NCBI GenBank assembly: GCA_003518745.1
Contig: DOYB01000177.1
Span: forward strand, 1-34,452
DNA from: Selenomonas sp.
Lineage (GTDB): Bacteria; Bacillota; Negativicutes; Selenomonadales; Selenomonadaceae
Length of the DNA stretch: 34,452 nt
Direction of reading: 5' to 3'
Shown: in pieces, positions 17,106-24,792 of the stretch
Position numbering within the stretch: position 1 is the stretch's first letter
How the letters are laid out: the number at the start of each line of letters is the position of its first letter
Program-made: the position numbers and the translations under genes
The notes under the pieces: model-generated
Databases searched by the model: none
Seen by the model: only the letters and a program-made list of their open reading frames with translations
What the model was told of the DNA's origin: nothing

Positions 17106-18113
17106 TTAGCAAATACGCGGCACAATATTTCCAAGTGGCATATCTACAATGCGTATGCCGCCGATTGTGGTGCGCAGCCCTACCTGTCCCGGGGCATCTG
17201 CTGTAACCTCACCGATTATACAGGCATCCTTTCCATACTTGCTGCGCCGCATTGCCTCTAGAACACAGTTCGCGCTGTCCGAGGGAACGAAGGCAACAGC
17301 CTTTCCTTCGTTGGCGAGATAAAGGGGGTCGAAGCCCAGGATATCACATACTCCCTGTACCTCGGGACGAATTGGAATGGCATCCTCGTCAATCAGGATA
17401 CCGGTATTGGACGCGGAAGCTATCTCATTTAAGACGGCAGCAAGGCCCCCGCGGGTAGGGTCCCTGAGCACCGCTATGTTGGGCTCGGCCTTCAGCATTG
17501 CCTGTGTCAACTCGGCCAAGGGCGCGCAATCTGTTTTTATGCTATCGGGAAGCTCAAGCTTGTGCCGCTGTGACAGTATCGTCACGGCATGGTCACCCAA
17601 AAATCCCGAAAGCAGGATTTTCATGCCGGGCTTTACATGCTTTGGTGAAATATGCGTGTTTGGGAGTATTTCACCGACACCTGCGGTATTTATGAAGATT
17701 CCGTCTGCCTGTCCCTTCCCAACGACCTTTGTATCTCCCGTGACAATTGATACGCCTGCTTCGTCTGCCGCAAGGCGCATGGAATGGACTATGCGTTTAA
17801 GCTCATCCATGGAGAAGCCCTCTTCAATTATAACTCCCGCGGAAATATAGCGTGGAACCGCGCCGGTCATTGCAAGGTCGTTCACGGTGCCGCAAACCGC
17901 AAGCTTCCCAATGTCTCCTCCGGGGAAAAACAGGGGGCGCACCACATACGAGTCAGTGGTGAAGGCTATTTGCCCTTTCATACTGAGTATCGCTCCATCG
18001 TGAAGCTCGTTTAGCTGAGGATTGCCGAATTCGGGCAGAATTACCTCTTCCATGAGCTCCTGACTGATTTTTCCTCCGGCTCCATGAGCCAGGGTGATTT
18101 TATCCTTTGCCAT
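17106..18113 (-). CDS. hypE: [NiFe]-hydrogenase maturation protein HypE
   Basis: MAKDKITLAHGAGGK N-terminus, PurM-like body, and the C-terminal PRIC motif. The ATG at 18113 overlaps the end of hypD. The ORF track extends to 18164. Confidence 0.93.
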   Translation of the reverse strand: MAKDKITLAHGAGGKISQELMEEVILPEFGNPQLNELHDGAILSMKGQIAFTTDSYVVRPLFFPGGDIGKLAVCGTVNDLAMTGAVPRYISAGVIIEEGFSMDELKRIVHSMRLAADEAGVSIVTGDTKVVGKGQADGIFINTAGVGEILPNTHISPKHVKPGMKILLSGFLGDHAVTILSQRHKLELPDSIKTDCAPLAELTQAMLKAEPNIAVLRDPTRGGLAAVLNEIASASNTGILIDEDAIPIRPEVQGVCDILGFDPLYLANEGKAVAFVPSDSANCVLEAMRRSKYGKDACIIGEVTADAPGQVGLRTTIGGIRIVDMPLGNIVPRIC

Positions 18114-19206
18114 ATATGAATGTCCCCCTTCCGTATTTGTACCAGGCTGCGCAGACACCTTCAACCGAGACCATGCATGGGCCTATGGCATGGGTAGGTA
18201 CACATGCCTTGCCGAACAATGGGCATTCAGGCGGGGTTACAATGCCCCGCAGCACTTCCCCGCAACGGCATGCGGTCCTTCTTGGTACCGAAACAGTGTC
18301 AATAGGGATGACCTTTTCTATGTCATAGTCTTCATAAGCCTGTTTCATTTGAAGGCCCGAAAGTGGAATGGTGCCGATTCCACGCCATTCCGCGTCCACG
18401 GGCTCATAAACCTGCTCGAGTATTTGCCTGGAAATGGGATTGCCTTCCTTGCGCACAACAGCGCCATATTCATTGCGAACGTCAAAGCGGCCTTCAGTCT
18501 TTTGTTGCATGAGCCTTACCAGGGATCTGAGGATTTCCAAAGGTTCAAAGCCTGTGACGATGCCGGGGATGTGATATTCATCGGACAGGAAGTTGAAAAC
18601 GTCGGTTCCTGTAACGACCGCGACATGCCCCGGAAGGAGGAATCCATCCACGTGAACTTCAGGATCGTCCAGCAGCATGCGAAGGGCAGGAGGAACCAGC
18701 TTGTGGGCGGACAGCATGAAGATATTGGTGATTCCCTGCTGCTTTGCCGTCAGTATAGTGGCTGCGGCGGTAGGAGCAGTGGTTTCAAATCCCACCGCGA
18801 GGAAAATTACCTTTTTGTCCGGATTTTCCCTAGCAATCTGCAGGCTGTCCATGGGGGAATAGAGAATGCGGATATCTGCTCCATCTGCCTGGGCCTCTAC
18901 CAGGCTTGAACTGCTGCCGGGAACCTTGAGCATGTCACCGAAGGTGGTAATGATAACATCTTCACGTTCAGCGTACGCGACAGACTTGTCGATATAGGTG
19001 TCAGGTGTAACGCATACGGGACAGCCGGGGCCGGAAACCAGCTCGATATTATCCGGAAGAAGCTGGCGTATACCGGCCCGAAAAATTGAGACAGTATGGG
19101 TTCCGCAGACCTCCATGAACCGCAGTCTGCCGTCGTGGTGTTTGGATAATCGGGCTATTTCCTCCACCATTTGACGGGCGATAGCCCTTTCCTGTTGTTT
19201 CTCCAA
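18100..19206 (-). CDS. hypD: [NiFe]-hydrogenase maturation protein HypD
   Basis: The MEVCGTHT and GPGCPVCVTP motifs are present. The protein is 368 aa with a TTG start preceded by GGAGGT. Confidence 0.93.
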   Translation of the reverse strand: MEKQQERAIARQMVEEIARLSKHHDGRLRFMEVCGTHTVSIFRAGIRQLLPDNIELVSGPGCPVCVTPDTYIDKSVAYAEREDVIITTFGDMLKVPGSSSSLVEAQADGADIRILYSPMDSLQIARENPDKKVIFLAVGFETTAPTAAATILTAKQQGITNIFMLSAHKLVPPALRMLLDDPEVHVDGFLLPGHVAVVTGTDVFNFLSDEYHIPGIVTGFEPLEILRSLVRLMQQKTEGRFDVRNEYGAVVRKEGNPISRQILEQVYEPVDAEWRGIGTIPLSGLQMKQAYEDYDIEKVIPIDTVSVPRRTACRCGEVLRGIVTPPECPLFGKACVPTHAIGPCMVSVEGVCAAWYKYGRGTFIYGKG

Positions 19207-19221
19207 GACGAATGCTACCTC

Positions 19222-19452
19222 CTATTGAACAGTTCGAGGAGCGCCGTTCATTTCCGCCAGAAGGGCATTCATCTCCTCGACCTCCTTTTCTTCTACGACC
19301 TGCATGGCAAAGCCCGCGTGAACCAGCACATAGTCACCGGGCTTTGCCTCCGGCAGCAGCATCAGACTGATATCACGAGTAACTCCGGACAATTCAACCT
19401 TTGCAAGGTAGTCCTTAACCTCCAGCACTTTAGCCGGAACAGCTAAACACAC
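19222..19452 (-). CDS. hypC: [NiFe]-hydrogenase maturation chaperone HypC
   Basis: HypC needs an N-terminal Met-Cys. GTG at 19452 gives MCLAVPAKVLEV, with GGAG 8 nt upstream. The ORF track starts three codons earlier, at 19461. Confidence 0.88.
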   Translation of the reverse strand: MCLAVPAKVLEVKDYLAKVELSGVTRDISLMLLPEAKPGDYVLVHAGFAMQVVEEKEVEEMNALLAEMNGAPRTVQ

Positions 19453-19832
19453 AACAACCACTCCTTGAGATGGTGAAGCATCCGCCTATCACATAATATT
19501 GACCTCGGAGCCTCAAATATTTGGACAAATATATGTTCCACTACACAATTATAAGGTTAATGAAAAAAATGTCCAATGTTATTTGCGTTTAACGTTTTTA
19601 AACTCAGACTAATATGCACCTATGGGCTTATCTCAAGGGGCGTTGGCGCAATGGGGGGGCCGGAGAGGAAAAATTTTTCGTTTATGCAGGAATCCATTGG
19701 TGTTCGTCGAATATTGCTAGTTGGAATTGTTAAAGCGTTTGAAATATATCCTCATGAATTTCAAGCGTCGTATATCTTACGAAACGGGTGTATGCTCACA
19801 AGAATTTCATTTACAAGGAAGGATGTATAGCT

Positions 19833-20690
19833 ATGAACATGAAAAAAATGGCTGCTGTAATGCTTGGCAGTATCCTGGCTGCGGGATTGCTTGTTGGATG
19901 CGGCGGGGGTGCCGATAAGCCACAGGCCAAGCCGGATAAAGCTTCCGAAGTGAAGATTGGTATACTTACGCACCTTAATGCCAGCGAAGAGAAGCTCAAC
20001 GAGATCATGAAGAAGATAGACGAGGAATCCTCTGTTAAGTTGGCGAGGAATTATGTCTATTACGATATGCTGACATCCATGCAAATGGGGCTTGATTCGG
20101 GAAGTATACAGGAAATGAGCCTCTATTCGAGCGTAGCGAAGTACCTTTCAAGTCGAAATGATACTATTATGCCTGCTGAAGTGCAGGGACCGAAGCTTTC
20201 TGATTCCTTCTGCTGCGCTCTTAGGCAGGATGATACCACGCTAAAGGCGGAGCTTGACAAGGTAATCGTTGAAATGAAGCAGGATGGCACCTTGGAGCGC
20301 CTCACCAAGGAATACATAACTGATATTGAGAAGGGGCAGGAGCCTCCAGCAGTACCTATTCCCGTGACGGAGGGGGCGCCCACACTTAAGATCGCCGTTA
20401 CAGGCGATTTGCCGCCCCTTGATTTGGTAAAGGCAGATGGGACGGCGGCCGGCTTCAACACGGCTGTATTGTCGGAGCTCGCGAAACGTCTTGGACGCAA
20501 TGTGGAGATTATTCAGATTGACAGCGCCGCGCGTGCTTCAGCATTGGTGTCGAAGAAGGTCGATGTGGTGTTCTGGGCTGTGGTGCCCGCGAATAATTCC
20601 AAGTTACCCGCGGACATGGATAAGCCCTCAGGAATTGAACTGACTGAGCCTTACTACACAGATCAGATTATTCATGTAAAGAAGAAGTAA
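19833..20690 (+). CDS. Lipoprotein, amino-acid-type ABC substrate-binding protein with apparently permuted domain order
   Basis: ATG 19833 follows AAGGAAGGA. Signal plus lipobox MNMKKMAAVMLGSILAAGLLVGCGG. The C-terminal 100 aa (TLKIAVTGDLPPLDLVKADGTAAGFNTAVLSELAKRLG...EPYYTDQ) look like the N-terminal lobe of GlnH-type binding proteins. Residues about 40-165 look like their C-terminal half (...ALRQDDTTLKAELDKVIVEMKQDGTLERLTKEYI). Confidence 0.8.
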   Translation: MNMKKMAAVMLGSILAAGLLVGCGGGADKPQAKPDKASEVKIGILTHLNASEEKLNEIMKKIDEESSVKLARNYVYYDMLTSMQMGLDSGSIQEMSLYSSVAKYLSSRNDTIMPAEVQGPKLSDSFCCALRQDDTTLKAELDKVIVEMKQDGTLERLTKEYITDIEKGQEPPAVPIPVTEGAPTLKIAVTGDLPPLDLVKADGTAAGFNTAVLSELAKRLGRNVEIIQIDSAARASALVSKKVDVVFWAVVPANNSKLPADMDKPSGIELTEPYYTDQIIHVKKK

Positions 20691-20697
20691 GAGGTTA

Positions 20698-21366
20698 ATG
20701 GTGGGAATTACAGAGCTTGTGCACCATATCTTTATAAAGGATGGTGCTTGGCTGACCATTCTTAAAGGCCTGGCGACTACGGTGGAGATTTCCCTGCTGG
20801 CCTTATTGTTTGGAACTTTGTTTGGGGCGGTTTTGTGCTGCCTGAGATTGGGGCGGTACAAGCTATTACGGATAGCCGCCATGACGTACATATCCGTCGT
20901 GCGCGGCTGCCCGGTGCTCATGCTCTTGATGCTTTTGTTCTATGGAGTGCTTGCTCAGAGCAGCCTCTCGTCCATTACCGTGGCTGTTTTGGCATTTAGC
21001 CTGCATACGGCAGCCCATGTAGCGGAGCTCCTGCGTTCCGCTATGATGGCGACCGACAAAGGACAAATCGAGGCTGCGAGAACCTTGGGGTTTTCCGCGC
21101 TGCAGGCCTTTTATCTGGTTACCCTGCCACAGTTGACTCGTATTGCCCGTCCAGTATACCAATCCACTGTAGTGAATCTTATACAGTGGACCAGTGTAGT
21201 TGGATATATCACTATTACGGATTTGACCCGCGTAATCTATAATGTCGCTTCCCGCACTATGCAGCCTATGATTACCATATGTGGGGGAATGGTGCTGTAC
21301 CTTTCTCTGTCATACCTGGTGTATGGAATCTTTTACTTGACAGACAAAAAGGGAGGCGAGGCCTGA
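20698..21366 (+). CDS. Amino acid ABC transporter permease (HisM/GlnP family)
   Basis: About five hydrophobic segments. EAA-loop motif IEAARTLGFSALQAFYLVTLPQ. Confidence 0.9.
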   Translation: MVGITELVHHIFIKDGAWLTILKGLATTVEISLLALLFGTLFGAVLCCLRLGRYKLLRIAAMTYISVVRGCPVLMLLMLLFYGVLAQSSLSSITVAVLAFSLHTAAHVAELLRSAMMATDKGQIEAARTLGFSALQAFYLVTLPQLTRIARPVYQSTVVNLIQWTSVVGYITITDLTRVIYNVASRTMQPMITICGGMVLYLSLSYLVYGIFYLTDKKGGEA

Positions 21367-22481
21367 TGGGTATTATAGAGGTGGAGGGGCTTTGCAAATC
21401 CTTTGGAGATTTATCGGTACTTCAGAATGTTAATCTCAGTGTCAATGAGGGGGAGCGTATCTCTATAATCGGTGGGTCAGGCTGCGGGAAAAGTGTTTTC
21501 CTGCGCTGCCTCAACCTTTTAGAGATTCCGGATAAAGGCAGAGTACTGATTGATGGTAAAGAGATAACGGCTCCCGGTGCTGATGTGGATAATATCCGAA
21601 GAAGTATGGGGATGGTCTTTCAGAAGTTTTGCCTTTTTTCCCATATGAACGTCATTGATAACCTCTGTCTTGCCCCCACGAGGCTTCTGGGGATGAGCAG
21701 GGAGGATGCGGAAAATAAAGCCCACGGCCTTCTCAAAGAGGTGGGGCTGGTATCCAAGAGGGAGGCTATGCCCCTTACGCTTTCAGGGGGACAGCAGCAG
21801 CGAATCGCGATTTGCCGTGCTCTGATGATGGAGCCGAGAGTGCTTCTTCTCGATGAGCCAACAAGCGCGCTTGACCCGACGATGGTGGGTGAGGTTCTGG
21901 CGGTTATACGTCTTCTCGCGAAGAAAAATCTCACGTTTCTTATCGTCACTCATGAGATGAGCTTTGCCAGGGAGGTTTCGGACAGGATTCTCTATTTTGC
22001 CGATAGGGGCATATATGAATCAGGAACTCCGGAGGAAGTATTTGACCATCCAAAACGGGAAAAGACAATTGCGTTCATAAATAAATATCGATACTATGGT
22101 TGTGAGATATCAGATAAGAATGAATTCGATCTTATGTCGGTACAAGGTGGTATATGGACCTTCGGGGAACGATATGGCTTGTCTGATAAACGTATTTTGA
22201 ACCTGCAGCTCTGTACGGAGGAATTGATATACGAGTTCATGGATGTGTGCTACCCGGAGCAGAACAAGGTGGATATTAAGCTGGATATCACTTTTGCGGA
22301 GACTACCGGTAAGGTTCATATTGAATTTGTATGCGGCGGGAAGCCTTATAATCCAGTTACCGTCGATAAAGCCGGTGATGATTTTTCCGACTCATTGGGA
22401 GTTATAATAGTGAAAAAAATTTCCAGTGATATTGGATATGAGTACGCGGGGGATAAGAACAGGGTTTGGATTGAGCTGTAG
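21366..22481 (+). CDS. Amino acid ABC transporter ATP-binding protein fused to a C-terminal degenerate GHKL/SpoIIAB-like domain
   Basis: ATG 21366 overlaps the permease stop (TGATG). Walker A GGSGCGKS, signature LSGGQQQR, Walker B LLLDEPTSALD. The last ~130 aa (nt ~22087-22478) follow the pattern of anti-sigma-kinase HATPase domains (LQLCTEELIYEFMD; VHIEFVCGGKPYNP; DSLGVIIVKKISSDIGYEYAGDKNRVWIEL). Confidence 0.8.
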   Translation: MGIIEVEGLCKSFGDLSVLQNVNLSVNEGERISIIGGSGCGKSVFLRCLNLLEIPDKGRVLIDGKEITAPGADVDNIRRSMGMVFQKFCLFSHMNVIDNLCLAPTRLLGMSREDAENKAHGLLKEVGLVSKREAMPLTLSGGQQQRIAICRALMMEPRVLLLDEPTSALDPTMVGEVLAVIRLLAKKNLTFLIVTHEMSFAREVSDRILYFADRGIYESGTPEEVFDHPKREKTIAFINKYRYYGCEISDKNEFDLMSVQGGIWTFGERYGLSDKRILNLQLCTEELIYEFMDVCYPEQNKVDIKLDITFAETTGKVHIEFVCGGKPYNPVTVDKAGDDFSDSLGVIIVKKISSDIGYEYAGDKNRVWIEL

Positions 22482-22510
22482 GCGGTTTGCTGACATAAGT
22501 TTTTGCCTGA

Positions 22511-22549
22511 AGGGCACCTGTATCGGCACCGTCTGGCAGGTGCCTTTTG
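22511..22549 (+). terminator. Intrinsic terminator after the ABC operon
   Basis: GGCACCTG (22513-22520) pairs with CAGGTGCC (22537-22544), followed by TTTT. Confidence 0.7.
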
Positions 22550-22603
22550 CGGTAGGCAGGTTTAGCAGGTATTTGAATATTATTTTGCGGGGAGAGGGAT
22601 ATC

Positions 22604-22948
22604 ATGCTGACGTTGGAAGTGTTGGAAAATTTCGGCGTAGATACAAAAGAGGGTCTTAACCGTTGCATGAACAATGAGGGCTTTTACTTCAGGATGATTA
22701 AGCTTGGGCTGTCTAATGCGTATTTCGATACATTAGGAACGGCTTTGGAAGGAGGAAATATGGAGGAGGCATTTGAAGCCGCCCATGCGCTGAAAGGGGT
22801 TATAGGCAATCTGGCCCTCACTCCGATTTATGACCCACTTGCTGATATGACTGAGATGCTGAGGGCAAAGAAGCAGGCGGATTATGTAGAAATTTACCGT
22901 CCTATAAAGGAGATGCGTGATAAACTGCTGGGTATGCTAAACGGCTGA
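22604..22948 (+). CDS. Stand-alone Hpt (histidine phosphotransfer) domain protein
   Basis: AAHALKGVIGNLAL matches the Hpt HxxKG signature; the His codon is at 22784-22786. The protein is 114 aa and all-helical in character. RBS GGGGAGAGGG lies upstream. Confidence 0.8.
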   Translation: MLTLEVLENFGVDTKEGLNRCMNNEGFYFRMIKLGLSNAYFDTLGTALEGGNMEEAFEAAHALKGVIGNLALTPIYDPLADMTEMLRAKKQADYVEIYRPIKEMRDKLLGMLNG

Positions 22949-23044
22949 AATCTGTCATGTTTGGCATGGAAGGACTGGGAGTTTCCGCTTTGAGGTTTTT
23001 GTATAGAAATCTCATATAATTTGATATAAAAAGCAGGAATTCAA

Positions 23045-23060
23045 CTTTCGATATCGAAAG
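23045..23060. promoter_or_regulatory. Perfect 16-bp palindrome upstream of folB (possible operator)
   Basis: CTTTCGATATCGAAAG is perfectly self-complementary and lies 55 nt upstream of the folB ATG. Confidence 0.3.
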
Positions 23061-23114
23061 AAGTATAAAAGAGGTATGACAGTCAAGATATATTATTTTT
23101 GAGGAGTGACCAAA

Positions 23115-23477
23115 ATGGCAAAAATCAGAATCCATAATATGATGTTCTACGGTTTCCATGGTTTTTATGAGTATGAGCGTGAACAGGGACAGAAGTTTTT
23201 CATAGACGTGGAACTGGAAACCAAAAATGATCAGGCTGTGGAGACAGACGATATCAATGATGCTGTTGATACGGCTGTAGTTTATGGCATTGTCAAGGAC
23301 GTGACGGAGAATAAGCGCTTCCAGCTCTTGATGGCATTGGGTGGCCATATAGCCGATAAGCTTTTGCAGAAGTATTCTAAGGTCAAGAGCGCGACGGTAT
23401 GCATTCGTAAGCCCTCTGTGCCTATTTCGGGACCAATTGATTATGTAGAGGTAGAAACTACCCGTACAGCAGAGTAA
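23115..23477 (+). CDS. folB: Dihydroneopterin aldolase
   Basis: MAKIRIHNMMFYGFHGFYEYEREQGQKFFIDVEL is a typical FolB N-terminus. ATG 23115 lies 8 nt after GAGGAG. The ORF track starts at GTG 23106. Confidence 0.88.
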   Translation: MAKIRIHNMMFYGFHGFYEYEREQGQKFFIDVELETKNDQAVETDDINDAVDTAVVYGIVKDVTENKRFQLLMALGGHIADKLLQKYSKVKSATVCIRKPSVPISGPIDYVEVETTRTAE

Positions 23478-23488
23478 AAGAAAAACAT

Positions 23489-23536
23489 AATCCTGTCGGA
23501 TGTTTGAAATTTTCAGACATTCGGCAGGATTTTTTG
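23489..23536 (+). terminator. Intrinsic terminator after folB
   Basis: AATCCTGTCGGATGT (23489-23503) pairs with ACATTCGGCAGGATT (23517-23531), 15 bp including two G-U pairs, followed by TTTTTT. Confidence 0.8.
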
Positions 23537-23565
23537 ATGAATTGTTTTAATTTGGCTGCCGGGTA

Positions 23566-23594
23566 TTGCATGTTATATTCCTTTTTTGTATGAT
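23566..23594 (+). promoter_or_regulatory. Candidate promoter for dprA-topA-trmFO-hslVU
   Basis: TTGCAT (23566-23571), a 17-nt spacer, TATGAT (23589-23594). Confidence 0.5.
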
Positions 23595-23690
23595 ATGTAA
23601 TTATCCTGCATTAACTGTGCTGAATTCGGTTAGTTGCAGCGTTAAGACCGTAATCCATATATGTATATAACGGGTATTGGAGTTGAACTG

Positions 23691-24788
23691 ATGGAAAATT
23701 TTTTTCTTGCGGCCCTTGCGCGGGCAAGCGGGGTCGGCAGCAGGCAGCTGCGGAAGCTGCTCGATGAATTCGAGAATGCTGAGACGGTATGGAACCTCAC
23801 CAGGGAGGAGCTTCTGGATTGCGCTGCTTTGCCTATTCATGTGGTTGAGGCCATAGTCAGCTATCGAAAAGATTTTCCGGATGATCCCAAACAACTGCAA
23901 GAGGCCTGCGTTAAACAGGGAATCAAAACGGTCAGTCTGAAGGAACCGGAATATCCGGAAATTTTGAAGCAAATATCCGATCCTCCTGTAGTGATATACT
24001 ATAAGGGGACATTGGAACCTGCTGCCGCGCGATTGGCTATTGTGGGTTCAAGAATGGCCAGCCCATATGGTGAAGGGGTGGCAAAGGAGTTCGCGGAAAG
24101 ACTGGCGCGGGCCGGATTTACCATTGTCAGCGGAGGTGCCAGGGGAATAGATACCTTTTCCCATATAGGGGCCCTTAAGGGAGGACGGACTATCGCGGTT
24201 TTGGGATGCGGTGTGGATGTGGTATATCCTTCAGAAAACAGGAAGCTCTTTGGGGAAATAGCTGAGAAGGGAGCTATAATATCCGAATATGGGCCGGGTA
24301 CAAAACCCTTTCCGGCGTTTTTTCCCGCAAGAAACCGCATAATAAGCGGTCTTTCCAGGGGAACGATTGTGGTTGAGGCTGCTGAAAGAAGCGGCTCACT
24401 CATTACCGCGGAGCTTGCTATAAGCGAGGGGCGGGATGTATTTGCCATTCCGGGTACTATTTACTCCAAGACCAGCAAGGGCTGTCATAGGCTTATTCAG
24501 CAAGGGGCACAGCTTGCTTCATGCGTGGAGGACATATTGGAGGAGTATGGTGTATGTGAACCTAAAACCTCGAAGTCTTCCAAGAAAAAATTGCCAGAAA
24601 TGACACCTGAGGAAGCTGCTGTCTACAGAGTGCTGTCCGATGTGCATCCGCTGTCCATGGATGAGGTCATATACAATCTGCATGGAGCCCCTGTATCGAA
24701 TGTGTCATTCTTGCTGTTGCAGCTAGAGTTGAAGGGCTATGTAAAGGAAAATAAAATGCACGCGTACCTGCGTGCGGAAAGGGTGTGA
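23691..24788 (+). CDS. dprA: DNA processing protein DprA
   Basis: Rossmann-like core with IVSGGARGIDT and FPARNRIISGLS, plus a C-terminal winged-helix-like tail. ATG 23691 follows GGAG. The ORF track starts at 23661. Confidence 0.92.
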   Translation: MENFFLAALARASGVGSRQLRKLLDEFENAETVWNLTREELLDCAALPIHVVEAIVSYRKDFPDDPKQLQEACVKQGIKTVSLKEPEYPEILKQISDPPVVIYYKGTLEPAAARLAIVGSRMASPYGEGVAKEFAERLARAGFTIVSGGARGIDTFSHIGALKGGRTIAVLGCGVDVVYPSENRKLFGEIAEKGAIISEYGPGTKPFPAFFPARNRIISGLSRGTIVVEAAERSGSLITAELAISEGRDVFAIPGTIYSKTSKGCHRLIQQGAQLASCVEDILEEYGVCEPKTSKSSKKKLPEMTPEEAAVYRVLSDVHPLSMDEVIYNLHGAPVSNVSFLLLQLELKGYVKENKMHAYLRAERV

Positions 24789-24792
24789 AATC

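Noticed and set aside
18094-18909. 271-aa ORF on the + strand
   Set aside because: It is antisense to hypD/hypE, which carry diagnostic motifs. It is a shadow ORF.
19462-19832. 370-nt intergenic region between hypC and the ABC binding-protein gene, examined for a riboswitch or T-box
   Set aside because: I found no T-box consensus, no SAM, lysine or glycine riboswitch core, and no convincing terminator/antiterminator pair by eye. It probably just holds divergent promoters. A covariance-model scan would be needed to say more.
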